Source of the DNA: Gammaproteobacteria bacterium
Lineage (GTDB): Bacteria; Pseudomonadota; Gammaproteobacteria; Natronospirales; REEB76
Assembly (NCBI GenBank): GCA_049591615.1
Contig: JBAWFD010000135.1
Location: 29,858 to 93,857, forward strand
DNA length: 64,000 nt
Reading direction: 5' to 3'
Part shown: in pieces, positions 1 through 10,010 of the stretch
Layout: each line of letters begins with the position of its first letter
How positions within the stretch are numbered: the first letter of the stretch is position 1
The notes under the pieces: generated by a model
Database searches by the model: none
What the model was told of the DNA's origin: nothing
What the model saw: only the letters and a program-made list of their open reading frames with translations
Made by a program: the position numbers and the translations under genes

Positions 1-1196
1 GAAATATAGACAATGCGCGGTGGTAGCTTACTTCCCATGCATGTGAGTATCTCGCGGGCACCTGCCCTTGGTGGGTCCAATAGCAGGCGGTCGAAAGCTT
101 GTTGCATCCAGACAGCCTGACTTTGATCCTTGAATAAATCGCCTTGATAAAAATGGAGGTTCGTTAAATCGTTAAAGATCGCATTGGCGCGCGCCCTGGC
201 GATCGATCCGTTTACCCCTTCTACACCTACAACTTCACCCGCGATTTTTGCCAATGGCAGCGTGAAATTCCCAAGTCCGCAGAATAGGTCCAGTACCCGC
301 TGCCCAGGTTCGATATGCAACTCGTCTAGCGCGCGCCACACTAACTGTTGGTTAATTTCTACATTGACCTGTATAAAATCACTGGGTTCAAAGTTTACCT
401 GCAGACCCCATTGCGAGAAGCTATAACTCAGCCGTATGCGTTCTCCACTGAGTGGGTAAGCACTGGCTTCGTCACCTGGCTGCAAATAGAAATGCACATC
501 ATGAATCTGTTCGAATTCAGATAATATTTTTTTGTCTGATAGATCGGGGGGCGCCAAGATCCGCAGCACCAGCACGGTGGCTTTTTCGCAGACTGCCACC
601 TCAATTTTAGGTATACGATCGCTTATGCTCAATGTCCCGATAAGCGCAGCCACAGGTTTGATAATATGCCCGATTTTTGGATGCAAAGTTTCGCAACGAC
701 GAATATCAGCAATGTGTTTGCTGTGTTTCTCCACAAATCCCACATTCACGCCCGCATGCGAATGAGTCCGGCGTACCGAGAGACGAGCGCGCCTCCTGTA
801 TCCCCATACAGAACCAATAACAGGAGGTAGTATCGCCTGTGGCATTACACGGCCGATGCGCTTAAGGTTAACCAGCAGGGATTTCTGCTTTGCAGCCAGT
901 TGGGCGGCTGGTGATAGATATTGCAATACGCAACCGCCACACACGCCGTAATGCTCACACATCGGCAGAACACGTTCCGCCGACATGGCATGGATATGCC
1001 GTATACGGGCTTCATCGTACTCACGATGGCGGATGACTATCTGGAAATCCACGTCCTCTCCCGGCAGTGCCTCTTCGATAAAGACAGCTTTACCGTTTAG
1101 GCGAACACTGCCGCGACCATCGCTGGATAAGTCTCCCACCCGCCCAGTCGTTGTGGATATAGTCGCGCTGCGCTGTATTGACGGTGGCGATGCCAT
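1..1196 (-). CDS. rlmD: 23S rRNA (uracil(1939)-C5)-methyltransferase RlmD/RumA; C-terminal end lies outside the window
   Basis: Absent from the ORF track because it runs off the left edge. My minus-strand translation from ATG 1196 gives MASPPSIQRSATISTTTGRVGDLSSDGRGSVRLNGKAVFIEEALPGEDVDF (TRAM domain). It also gives CEHYGVCGGC (Fe-S Cys cluster), VLDLFCGLGNFTLPLA (SAM motif) and LLLDPPRAGA. ATGA stop/start overlap with the upstream gene. Confidence 0.85.
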   Translation of the reverse strand, partial: MASPPSIQRSATISTTTGRVGDLSSDGRGSVRLNGKAVFIEEALPGEDVDFQIVIRHREYDEARIRHIHAMSAERVLPMCEHYGVCGGCVLQYLSPAAQLAAKQKSLLVNLKRIGRVMPQAILPPVIGSVWGYRRRARLSVRRTHSHAGVNVGFVEKHSKHIADIRRCETLHPKIGHIIKPVAALIGTLSISDRIPKIEVAVCEKATVLVLRILAPPDLSDKKILSEFEQIHDVHFYLQPGDEASAYPLSGERIRLSYSFSQWGLQVNFEPSDFIQVNVEINQQLVWRALDELHIEPGQRVLDLFCGLGNFTLPLAKIAGEVVGVEGVNGSIARARANAIFNDLTNLHFYQGDLFKDQSQAVWMQQAFDRLLLDPPRAGAREILTCMGSKLPPRIVYI

Positions 1197-1993
1197 CAAG
1201 CGCTCTGCGGGTGGTCGAACGTCGGCGCCCATGCAGCCATAAACTCGTTGAGATGCGGTTTGTTTGTGTGAGTGAGCGCTATCCGTACCCGTGCGCATTC
1301 ATCGCGATACCGGTCTAGCTGCAATCGGCCACGCATCAGTTCAAATCGTAAGTATATGAGATATGTATTAAGCGTATCGGTCTCACAGTAATTACGGATG
1401 CGCTCAATCCCCCCGTCCAGATAAGCTTCCCATACTTTGCTCCCATGCATTCCTAGCTTCCCGGGTAGGCCCAGCATTTGGGCAATCTCGTCAAGCGGCG
1501 CGGCTCCGCGCAACTGAAACCCGGCAAGTACGTCCATGAGGTCCGTGTGCCGCCAATGGAAGCGTGACAGATAATTGTTATAACGGAAACCGGTCTCAGT
1601 TTCGCCAGTCTCCCAGTAACGGGGAGCAGCTATTCCGTGAAGCAATGCCCGGTAATGCAGGACCGGCAGGTCAAATCCGCCGCCGTTCCAGGAAACCAGA
1701 TCAGGAGTGTATTTTTCGATACCTTCATAGAAGCGACTGATAATCTCAAACTCACTGGAATCCCGCGTTCCCAGCGTCCAGAGCTTAAAATCTTCGCCTC
1801 TGCGCAGAGCAATCGAAATAGCCGCTATGCGGTGTAAATGCAGCGGTAGGAATTCGCTGCCACCTGTATCTTGGCGGCGTTGCTGAAACATCGCGCGCGC
1901 AGTATCCTCATCTGAGAGCCCCGCGAGTCCGTACAAATGCCGCCCGGTTTCCACATCAGGAATGGTCTCAATATCGAAGGCCAGGATGTTCAT
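1196..1993 (-). CDS. stand-alone DEDDy 3'-5' exonuclease resembling the family-B DNA polymerase exonuclease domain
   Basis: 265-aa ORF with motifs AFDIETIPD (Exo I), WNGGGFDLPVL (Exo II) and YCETDTLNTY (Exo III). Its stop overlaps the rlmD start (ATGA). Confidence 0.7.
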   Translation of the reverse strand: MNILAFDIETIPDVETGRHLYGLAGLSDEDTARAMFQQRRQDTGGSEFLPLHLHRIAAISIALRRGEDFKLWTLGTRDSSEFEIISRFYEGIEKYTPDLVSWNGGGFDLPVLHYRALLHGIAAPRYWETGETETGFRYNNYLSRFHWRHTDLMDVLAGFQLRGAAPLDEIAQMLGLPGKLGMHGSKVWEAYLDGGIERIRNYCETDTLNTYLIYLRFELMRGRLQLDRYRDECARVRIALTHTNKPHLNEFMAAWAPTFDHPQSA

Positions 1994-2389
1994 ACATCAC
2001 CTTGAAACATGGCTTTGCAGTGTAGCAAACCCAGCGCCGATAGGTCGAAACCTTTGACCATTATCCAGAAAAACCGCAACATACCCATACTCACGAGCAG
2101 CTATGGGTCAGCGTCCATATAATTCCTACCCGCTCTTACGCCCAGTGCATCATATGCTCAAGATATTTTTATGTTACAAGCGTGAACGACCAAGTTGATC
2201 AATTAGAGTTTCTGGAATGGATATATAAATTAATTTTTCCATCTCATACAACGGACTATAGACATCATGAACTCTCACAACCCATTTGCATATCATCGAA
2301 GCGCGATATGCCAATAGCCGTCATCTCCACGCCATGTCATACGAGTAGATTATGGTGAGGTTTATTTCTCTCTTGCAGGGTTCAGCGCC

Positions 2390-5176
2390 GTGATCCGTAA
2401 CTGGGGGATACGCAGCCGTGTGTTGCTTTTGGCGCTCGTGCCGGTGATCTGCCTGGGTATTCTGCTTGGCACATACCTGACACGTGTTCGTGTGCATGAT
2501 TTGCAGGCTTCGGAGCATGCACTTGGGGATACACTCGCCAATCAACTGGCTTCGGCCAGTGAATATGGTGTTTTTTCCACAAATATGCGGATTCTGGAGA
2601 CGCTTGCTCATACCGTAGCCCAGGAGCCCGGAGTGGAAGCGATAACGATTTCTGATCGTAATAATAATACCCTCGTTCAAGTAATACGGCCTGCAACAGA
2701 AAGCCACGGACTAATAAGTAATTTATCTCGGCGTATTGGTACTGAAACTGGTTTGGCAAACACCTTAACATTTACACGATCGATATTTTTAAGATCGATT
2801 ACTGCCCGCAATCCGTCTGTTTTGTCGCAAGCTACTGATAAGAACCATAATTCAAAGGCAAATGATTACCAGGTAATTGGAAGTGTTACGGTCAAGCTTT
2901 CAGAGGCACGGTTTGCAGAACGCCAAACCCAGATTATCGTGAATGGCGGAATAATTATACTGAGTTGTCTCATATTCAGCATTTTATTGGCCCTGATCAT
3001 CGGCGGCAGTGTGGCTGTACCGATCACGCGCGTAATTGCCATGGTCAGCCGTTTCAGCAATGGCGACCATGGTACGCGTGTGCCTGAACGGTCCGGAGGT
3101 GAGATCGGTCAGCTGGAGAGCGGTATCAATCTTATGGCTGCGAATGCTGAACGCTCACAACAAGATCTTCAGATCAGGATTAATCAAGCGACCGCGGATT
3201 TGCGTGAAACAATGGAAGAGATGGAGGTCAAGAATGTCGAATTAGATCTTGCGAGGAAACGCGCCCTGGAGGCAAGCCGGGTGAAGTCAGAGTTTCTTTC
3301 CAATATGAGTCATGAGATACGCACGCCCATGAATGCCATCGTTGGGTTTGCGGGATTACTTGCAAAAACCCGATTGAATAAGAACCAGAGGTATTACCTG
3401 GATACCGTGCAACACTCGGCCTCATCCTTGCTGATACTCATAGATGATGTCCTGGGGTTACAAAGTATTGAGGCTGGAAGACCGGTACAGCCGATGGAAT
3501 TCAACTTGCGTGAACTCCTAGAGGAAGCAATCAAATTGCTTGCGCCTGATGCTTACATTAAAGAGTTGGAACTGGTGATGCATATACCAGCGGATTTGCC
3601 GACAACTTATATAGGCGATGCTATCAAATTATCCAGGGTAATTATCAACCTGTTAAGCAACGCAGTGAAATTCACTGAGCATGGTCATGTACTCCTAAGT
3701 GTTACTGTCATAAAAAGGTTCACGCATGCTGTCACACTGTGTATTAGTGTATTGGACACCGGCATCGGTATACGTAACGAACATATCGATGACCTGTTCA
3801 AACCATTTACCATGTTAAATTCAAGCACCGGTAAACGGTACTCGGGCACAGGTCTTGGCCTTGCTATCAGCCGTCAACTTATGGATGCGCTAGGTGGTTC
3901 ACTCACTGTATCCAGCCGCCCAGATGAAGGTAGTGATTTTCGCCTAGAGCTGACACTCAATTTTCTTGATGCTTCGCAAAGCTTGATTCCTGCTGCCCGG
4001 CGTCAACATGTACTGCTCTATGAGTCGCATCCTGCGATGTCGATGGCCATGCGATCCAGATTAAAGGCAATGGGTTTATCAGTAAAAGCCTGCTCCAACT
4101 TGAACAGATTAGCGATACAGCTACGTTCGAAGAATATCAAACGTTACAGCTTTATGCTCTTATCACTGAGCTATCAAGAAGCACGCGATTGCAGTGATAT
4201 TCGTGATCATATGATAAATAAAACCGTTCTCCCAAAGCTAATTCTTATCAATTCACTTGAGAGTGATGTGCAGAATGTTATAGCGGATGCCATCGACGGT
4301 GTATGCCTGCCAAAGTGTGTTGATACCCCTGTTCTGGAGAAGAAGATACGCCAACTGCAGCCACGAAAGATATCTCATACTAAGGCCACGTCAAAACGAC
4401 CCACTGTTCGTTGGCGTCCATTGGCAGGCCACAGAGTTCTCGTAGTTGAAGATAACCGCATCAACCGTAATTTGATTGTGTTACAGCTGTGTGCTCTAGG
4501 CGCTGAAGTTTTTCAAGCCGAGGATGGAATCACGGCGTTAGCTTGCTTTGCGGAGGCACGTCCGCATGCAATTCTCATGGATATGCGGCTCGGACATGAG
4601 ACCGGCCTGGAGGTAGCTAGTAAACTCGCCACAGTTGCGGGCGAATATCCAGTTCCGGTTATTATGCTCTCTGCGACTCGCGAAGAAGCTCCAACTGAGA
4701 TTTCACGCACCCTGGGCATCTGTCGCTGGCTGCTTAAGCCAGTGGATGAACATATATTAGCGGACGCGCTGCTGTCTATTTTACATAGTAAGCAATCAAA
4801 TGAATCTACTGGCGAAGATTCTGGTAAAACGCTGAATATAGCGCTGATGAAACTGCGGCCTGAAATCTTTGTTATGCTGCGTCAGGATCTGCCTTCTCAA
4901 CAGCAGGCGGTATTCAGCGCATGGGAACAAAATGATGTTGCAGGCCTACGAGACGCACTGCATATTCTGCATGGAACAGCGGCTCTATGCAAACTCTCGG
5001 AATTGAACGCCTATTGCAGCAATATAGAAACCATGCTGGGCAAACAACTGCATCTTGTGAATATCCAGCCATATAGATTCAAACTTAAGAGAGAAATTGA
5101 CAGAGTAATCATGATGCTTGAAACACACGCTTATAACACCAGCGGTTATAAACGTAGCAGGTCCATTGCTGTTTAA
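2390..5176 (+). CDS. barA: unorthodox hybrid sensor histidine kinase, BarA/GacS type (TM-periplasmic-TM-HAMP-HisKA-HATPase-REC-Hpt)
   Basis: 928-aa ORF with a GTG start. The N-terminus IRSRVLLLALVPVICLGILL..DLQ..ASEYG parallels E. coli BarA by eye. Motifs: H-box SHEIRTPMN, G2 box GTGLGLAISRQL, receiver VLVVEDNRINRN...ILMDMRLG and Hpt LHILHGTAALCKLSEL. It is divergent from rlmD, as barA is in E. coli. Confidence 0.75.
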   Translation: MIRNWGIRSRVLLLALVPVICLGILLGTYLTRVRVHDLQASEHALGDTLANQLASASEYGVFSTNMRILETLAHTVAQEPGVEAITISDRNNNTLVQVIRPATESHGLISNLSRRIGTETGLANTLTFTRSIFLRSITARNPSVLSQATDKNHNSKANDYQVIGSVTVKLSEARFAERQTQIIVNGGIIILSCLIFSILLALIIGGSVAVPITRVIAMVSRFSNGDHGTRVPERSGGEIGQLESGINLMAANAERSQQDLQIRINQATADLRETMEEMEVKNVELDLARKRALEASRVKSEFLSNMSHEIRTPMNAIVGFAGLLAKTRLNKNQRYYLDTVQHSASSLLILIDDVLGLQSIEAGRPVQPMEFNLRELLEEAIKLLAPDAYIKELELVMHIPADLPTTYIGDAIKLSRVIINLLSNAVKFTEHGHVLLSVTVIKRFTHAVTLCISVLDTGIGIRNEHIDDLFKPFTMLNSSTGKRYSGTGLGLAISRQLMDALGGSLTVSSRPDEGSDFRLELTLNFLDASQSLIPAARRQHVLLYESHPAMSMAMRSRLKAMGLSVKACSNLNRLAIQLRSKNIKRYSFMLLSLSYQEARDCSDIRDHMINKTVLPKLILINSLESDVQNVIADAIDGVCLPKCVDTPVLEKKIRQLQPRKISHTKATSKRPTVRWRPLAGHRVLVVEDNRINRNLIVLQLCALGAEVFQAEDGITALACFAEARPHAILMDMRLGHETGLEVASKLATVAGEYPVPVIMLSATREEAPTEISRTLGICRWLLKPVDEHILADALLSILHSKQSNESTGEDSGKTLNIALMKLRPEIFVMLRQDLPSQQQAVFSAWEQNDVAGLRDALHILHGTAALCKLSELNAYCSNIETMLGKQLHLVNIQPYRFKLKREIDRVIMMLETHAYNTSGYKRSRSIAV

Positions 5177-5189
5177 GCACTGATATTCC

Positions 5190-5585
5190 TTAAATCGTTG
5201 ACATGGAAGCTTTCATGATTACTGCCATAGCCAATACCATGCCAGCTTCGTCACTGAGGCTGACGAATGCGTCGCCGGCGCCCATGGCCTTGCATACTGT
5301 CTTTCCACGTTCTGAAAATATAACTAATGGACGGCCGCGCGCATCCGGCACACTACCCGCATCTCGTAACCACATTCCATGGTGAAAACCAGTGCCAAGT
5401 GCCTTGACCACGGCCTCTTTTACGGCGAACCGCATGGCCAGATAACGCACCGGGTTATTGCTTTTCTCAAAACCCGCTAATTCTTCAGGCATAAGAATAC
5501 GCTGTGAGAAATGCGTACCGTAGGACTCCCACACACGCTGAATCCGTCGCACTTCCACCAAATCCGTACCGATACCATAAATCAT
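5190..5585 (-). CDS. acpS: holo-[acyl-carrier-protein] synthase
   Basis: 131 aa starting [19 protein letters not shown] overlap with pdxJ; conserved pdxJ-acpS order. Confidence 0.9.
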   Translation of the reverse strand: MIYGIGTDLVEVRRIQRVWESYGTHFSQRILMPEELAGFEKSNNPVRYLAMRFAVKEAVVKALGTGFHHGMWLRDAGSVPDARGRPLVIFSERGKTVCKAMGAGDAFVSLSDEAGMVLAMAVIMKASMSTI

Positions 5586-6319
5586 CGACTACACGCTTCC
5601 CTCATCAGTTGTTTCATTTCCTTGACAGCCGTCGACAATCCGACAATCAGCGCATGCGATACAATCGCATGCCCGATATTGAGCTCGCTAATGCCGTCAA
5701 TGGCCGCAATCGGTGTAACGTTGTGGTAATTCAACCCATGACCCGCGTGTACTTCTAATCCCTTATGTGCAGCAAGCCGTGCTGCACCCCTCAGACGAAA
5801 GAGCTCTTGCGCCTGAATATGGCTGTCTGCCGCATCCGCATAGCGGCCGGTATGTAATTCCACAACGGGGACATGCAAGGATGCAGCCGCTTCTATCTGG
5901 TCCTGCTCAGGATCAATGAATAATGCTACGCGAACACCAGCTGATGACAATTCGGTGCATACCGCTTGAAGAAATTCTATTTTCGAACTCGCATCCAGTC
6001 CGCCTTCCGTAGTGATTTCCCGACGATTCTCTGGTACCAGACAGCAGTCTTGTGGCTGCAACTCGCAGGCGATTCTCAGCATCTCGCTAGTCGCAGCCAT
6101 CTCCAAATTCATGCGTGTCTTTAATACAGAGCGTAACAGGCGTATATCCCGTTCCTGAATATGACGCCGATCCTCGCGCAGATGTACCGTGATACTGTCT
6201 GCGCCGGCATTCTCAGCTATGCACGCCGCTTCCACTGGATCTGGGTAGCGAGCTCCACGGGCCTGTCTGAGGGTGGCAACGTGATCGATATTGACGCCAA
6301 GTTGGATGAACTTATTCAT
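5582..6319 (-). CDS. pdxJ: pyridoxine 5'-phosphate synthase
   Basis: 245 aa with [16 protein letters not shown] and [11 protein letters not shown]. Confidence 0.95.
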   Translation of the reverse strand: MNKFIQLGVNIDHVATLRQARGARYPDPVEAACIAENAGADSITVHLREDRRHIQERDIRLLRSVLKTRMNLEMAATSEMLRIACELQPQDCCLVPENRREITTEGGLDASSKIEFLQAVCTELSSAGVRVALFIDPEQDQIEAAASLHVPVVELHTGRYADAADSHIQAQELFRLRGAARLAAHKGLEVHAGHGLNYHNVTPIAAIDGISELNIGHAIVSHALIVGLSTAVKEMKQLMREACSR

Positions 6320-6364
6320 ACCTATGAATCAATTAATGAACAACGTTCATGTTTTATGTCACTT

Positions 6365-7087
6365 TCATGCGCGGACTTTCATGAAGGCACGCATCACTGC
6401 GCGTGTCTTAAGCGGTTTATCGCCCAATAAGTGATTGATTATATTCCGTAATAAATAGCGGGCAGCATCAATATCTTCTGGCTGTTGATAATTTCCGCTG
6501 ACGATCGCCAATAAAGTACTACCTTTGATTCCAACACCAGTTTTGGCATTATCTTGGATGCGCACTAGGCCTCTTTCTGCTTCGTAACGATATCGTGCTT
6601 CTGTTTCTAACGGCTGGCCGGTAATGGAGTCCCGTTCCAGGTTCAAACCATAACCCAAAGCAGACAGTAAATTCATCTCAAATATACGCAATGTTGGTGC
6701 AGTTGCCAGCATGAGTTTACCGAGCGCATTCATATATTGAACAAATAATTCAGGGTGAGGATCTTGACGCGGCAGCAGACGTAACAGTAATTCGTTCATG
6801 TAGAAACCACTCATCAGCGCACGTCCGGCTGGTGTGCCTGAGACATAGCCTGCTTCGGCACCCATAAGCGTAGCCAGTTCGCCGCCGCCCACCCAGGACA
6901 ACAGTAATGGCTGGAAAGGGCGCAGCACTGCCCGCCAGGGTGAACTGGCGCGCCGGGAGCCACGCGCAATGAGTCCCACACGCCCATGATCACGGCTGAA
7001 AACCTCAACCATGCGGCTGGTTTCACGCCAGTCATACTGATGTAATACATAAGCCGGCATCAATGTGACGCGTTCGATGGTTCTCAA
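6365..7087 (-). CDS. recO: DNA repair protein RecO
   Basis: 240 aa with PAYVLHQYDWRETSRMVEVFSRDHGRVGLIARG. Position between era and pdxJ. Confidence 0.9.
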   Translation of the reverse strand: MRTIERVTLMPAYVLHQYDWRETSRMVEVFSRDHGRVGLIARGSRRASSPWRAVLRPFQPLLLSWVGGGELATLMGAEAGYVSGTPAGRALMSGFYMNELLLRLLPRQDPHPELFVQYMNALGKLMLATAPTLRIFEMNLLSALGYGLNLERDSITGQPLETEARYRYEAERGLVRIQDNAKTGVGIKGSTLLAIVSGNYQQPEDIDAARYLLRNIINHLLGDKPLKTRAVMRAFMKVRA

Positions 7088-7089
7088 GG

Positions 7090-7986
7090 CTAATCAGCCA
7101 TCCCTAAAGTATTCAGCGCGCGCTCGTCATCCGTCCAATGCTCGCACACTTTCACCCACAGACGAAGAAACACCTTGCGTTCATTTTCCACTTCCAGTTC
7201 TTGGCGGGCCGCCCGGCCAATTTGCTTAAGCATGCTACCTTTCTGCCCAATAACGATGGCCTTTTGTCCTTCGCGCTCCACCCAGATCATGGCACCGATA
7301 TGAAGAATATTGCCCTGTAGCCTGTATTCCTCCACGCTCACGGCGATTGAATATGGTACCTCCTGCTCAAGGGCCTGCATAAATTTTTCGCGTATGCATT
7401 CAGCAGCACGCAATACTCCATCCTGATCCGTCAATTGTTCATCAGGAAACAATTTAGGCGATACAGGCAAAAGCGGCTCGACAGCACTTTCGAATTGATC
7501 AAGATTATCCCGTGTCGCTGCAGATACCGGCACGATACATTTAAATTCTGCTTTTTTCTGCGCTATATCCAGATAGGGAAGCAGCGCTGAGCGTGTCGGA
7601 AGCTTATCAATTTTATTGACAACGAGCACCAGTGGCCGCGCTAGCGGGATACAGCGAGAAAGGACATAGTCATCATCCTTGGTCCAGTTTCCTGCTTCCA
7701 CCACCAGTAGGACGATGTCTGCCTCTGCGATCGCATTGCTAGCTGCGCGGTTCATGCGGCGGTTAATAATGTGTTTGGTATCTAGGTGCAGCCCAGGAGT
7801 ATCTACGTATACAAACTGGGCAGTTTCTGTGGTGTGAATACCAAGAACTCTCTTGCGCGTCGTTTGGGGTTTGGGAGTGACAATACTGACTTTTATCCCA
7901 ACAATGGCATTTACGAGCGTGGATTTTCCAACATTTGGCTTTCCTGCCACTGTAATTAAGCCACATCTAAAACCAGTCTCAGACAT
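7090..7986 (-). CDS. era: GTPase Era
   Basis: Motifs [24 protein letters not shown] and a KH domain. I use the internal ATG ([23 protein letters not shown]), which matches the E. coli Era N-terminal length. The track ORF extends to 8001. Confidence 0.93.
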   Translation of the reverse strand: MSETGFRCGLITVAGKPNVGKSTLVNAIVGIKVSIVTPKPQTTRKRVLGIHTTETAQFVYVDTPGLHLDTKHIINRRMNRAASNAIAEADIVLLVVEAGNWTKDDDYVLSRCIPLARPLVLVVNKIDKLPTRSALLPYLDIAQKKAEFKCIVPVSAATRDNLDQFESAVEPLLPVSPKLFPDEQLTDQDGVLRAAECIREKFMQALEQEVPYSIAVSVEEYRLQGNILHIGAMIWVEREGQKAIVIGQKGSMLKQIGRAARQELEVENERKVFLRLWVKVCEHWTDDERALNTLGMAD

Positions 7987-8656
7987 CTGGCAGTAACTCA
8001 AGCACGCCGCGCGCTGCTTCCTGCTCGGCAGTACGGCGATTTTTGGCTACACCATAAGCAATGATACCAAGCGGCTCTACACTACAGCTCACTTTAAACA
8101 CTTGTTGATGCGCATCGCCGCTCACAGATTCGATAGTATATTTTGGCAAGGGTAAATCACGTGCTTGCAGTGTCTCCTGCAACCGTGTTTTGCAGTCCTT
8201 AAGATTTTCTTGCGGGATGGGTGTTGCAAGTCGTGTGCTGAACAGTTTGATGATTGCAGCACGCACATTCTCAAAGCCACCATCTACATAAATTGCGCCC
8301 AGTACTGCTTCCAGTGTATCCGCAAGGATCGAGGCACGGCGCTGACCACCACTCTTGAGTTCTCCGGCACCAAGCAACAAGAACTGTCCAAGTGTAAGAT
8401 CACAGGCAATAGACGCCAGAGTTCCCTGATTAACCAAGCTGGCACGCATTCGCGTCAAAGCACCTTCTTCAAGTTTGGAATGACTTTCAAATAGCTGCGC
8501 GGATATGACCGCATTCAGCAAAGAATCACCTAGGAACTCGAGACGTTCATTATTGTTGCTGCCCGTGCTGCGGTGAGATAAAGCTTGCAGGAGTAACTTT
8601 CGATCTCTGAAGTGGTAATTAAGTACAGTCTCTAGCTGCTTCAAAAGATCACTCAA
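7979..8656 (-). CDS. rnc: ribonuclease III
   Basis: 225 aa with the signature ERLEFLGDS and a C-terminal dsRBD. TTG start overlapping the upstream stop (TTGA). Confidence 0.95.
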   Translation of the reverse strand: MSDLLKQLETVLNYHFRDRKLLLQALSHRSTGSNNNERLEFLGDSLLNAVISAQLFESHSKLEEGALTRMRASLVNQGTLASIACDLTLGQFLLLGAGELKSGGQRRASILADTLEAVLGAIYVDGGFENVRAAIIKLFSTRLATPIPQENLKDCKTRLQETLQARDLPLPKYTIESVSGDAHQQVFKVSCSVEPLGIIAYGVAKNRRTAEQEAARGVLELLPDV

Positions 8657-9039
8657 TGCGGAATGGCCTTATAGGTTTTGTGGAAATGCACAAAAAGATC
8701 AATGTTGCCGATAAAGTTGTTGCGCCTATCATAATCTAGCGTGAAGATAAGGCCATTTCCATCTTCCGATGGGGTGATAGTTAATACCTTCTCCGGAGTC
8801 AGGGCGGTGTCCTGCACACCGTTGATTGTGAAAGTCATATCCATGCTATGCAATATCTGTTGCGGCATCTCACCCACCGTAATTTCTTGAGCTTTCTTTT
8901 GAACGATTGAATTGATGGAATAATACTGCATATAAATTGGAAATAGAGTAAAACCAAACCAGAATATAAATACAAACATTAGGATCAGAACAATCCAACT
9001 GATAAGTGTTAGGCCGGATTGATGATGGTTGCTTTGCAT
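8653..9039 (-). CDS. DUF4845-like small membrane-anchored protein
   Basis: 128 aa with a single N-terminal TM (LTLISWIVLILMFVFIFWFGF). It occupies the lepB-rnc slot typical of this family. Confidence 0.6.
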   Translation of the reverse strand: MQSNHHQSGLTLISWIVLILMFVFIFWFGFTLFPIYMQYYSINSIVQKKAQEITVGEMPQQILHSMDMTFTINGVQDTALTPEKVLTITPSEDGNGLIFTLDYDRRNNFIGNIDLFVHFHKTYKAIPH

Positions 9040-9088
9040 GCAATCTCTCCAGAATCTGAATGTATAACAGTTACAAGTGACAATATTA

Positions 9089-9976
9089 TCAATGAATCAC
9101 AGTGCCTACACGATGCCAGAGTTTAGCATCGTGGAATGCATCCCAATTCATCCAGATGAAAAATGCCCGGCCCACGAGATTCTGCTCTGGAACAAAGCCC
9201 CAATAACGGCTATCGAAACTGTTATCACGGTTGTCCCCCATGACAAAGTATTCCCCGGGAGGCACGGTCCATTCCCCCTGATTATGCTCAGCTCCAGGAA
9301 CAATAAGCAGTTCGTGGGCCATATTGCCGAGTTTCTCTTGGTGCAATACCGCACCCATCATATCTGATCCTGCGTAGAGACCGAGGGCTTTATCCGACAC
9401 TTGCGCACCATTGATATACAGGGTTTCTCCCTGGTAAACGACGTGGTCGCCGGGAATTCCGATGATGCGCTTGACGTAATCGGTACCAGCTGAGCGCCGG
9501 ACTTCCTGTAATCCCCCGGGACCACAGGCCGGATTTTGCTCACAGTACTGTAACGCTGATGCCTCAGGATAATGGAATACCGCCACATCACCACGATGCG
9601 GCTCGCCAATGGAGAATATTTTATTGTGAATTACTGGTAGCCGTAGGCCATAATCAAATTTGTTGACTAGGATAAAGTCCCCCACTAGCAGTGTCGGAAC
9701 CATAGAGGAAGAAGGGACGTGGAAAGGTTCTACGATAAAAGTGCGCAGCAACAACACAATCAGAAAAACAGGAAAAAAAGACTTGGCATATTCTACAACG
9801 ATAGGCTCTCGGCGCCTTTTCTCTACTGTTTTAGTCACTAACTGATTTAAATCTGCATTATCCATGACCTCAGTTTTCAAGCGCCGTCGCTTTGCTAAAA
9901 AAAACACATCCAGTAGCCATATCAAGCCTGTTACAAAAGTCGCCAGGGTCAAAAATGCTTCCAAGTCAAAGTCCAT
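9089..9976 (-). CDS. lepB: signal peptidase I
   Basis: 295 aa with the catalytic Ser box PSSSMVPTLLVGD, plus YVKRIIGIPGD and GDNRDNSFDSRYWGFV. Confidence 0.93.
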   Translation of the reverse strand: MDFDLEAFLTLATFVTGLIWLLDVFFLAKRRRLKTEVMDNADLNQLVTKTVEKRRREPIVVEYAKSFFPVFLIVLLLRTFIVEPFHVPSSSMVPTLLVGDFILVNKFDYGLRLPVIHNKIFSIGEPHRGDVAVFHYPEASALQYCEQNPACGPGGLQEVRRSAGTDYVKRIIGIPGDHVVYQGETLYINGAQVSDKALGLYAGSDMMGAVLHQEKLGNMAHELLIVPGAEHNQGEWTVPPGEYFVMGDNRDNSFDSRYWGFVPEQNLVGRAFFIWMNWDAFHDAKLWHRVGTVIH

Positions 9977-10010
9977 GCTATTTAACCTTTTGTGTTATGC
10001 AATATGTTTG

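Noticed and set aside
2321-2771. Two overlapping minus-strand ORFs (128 and 129 aa) across the barA start.
   Set aside because: They are antisense to the well-supported BarA N-terminus, with no motifs.
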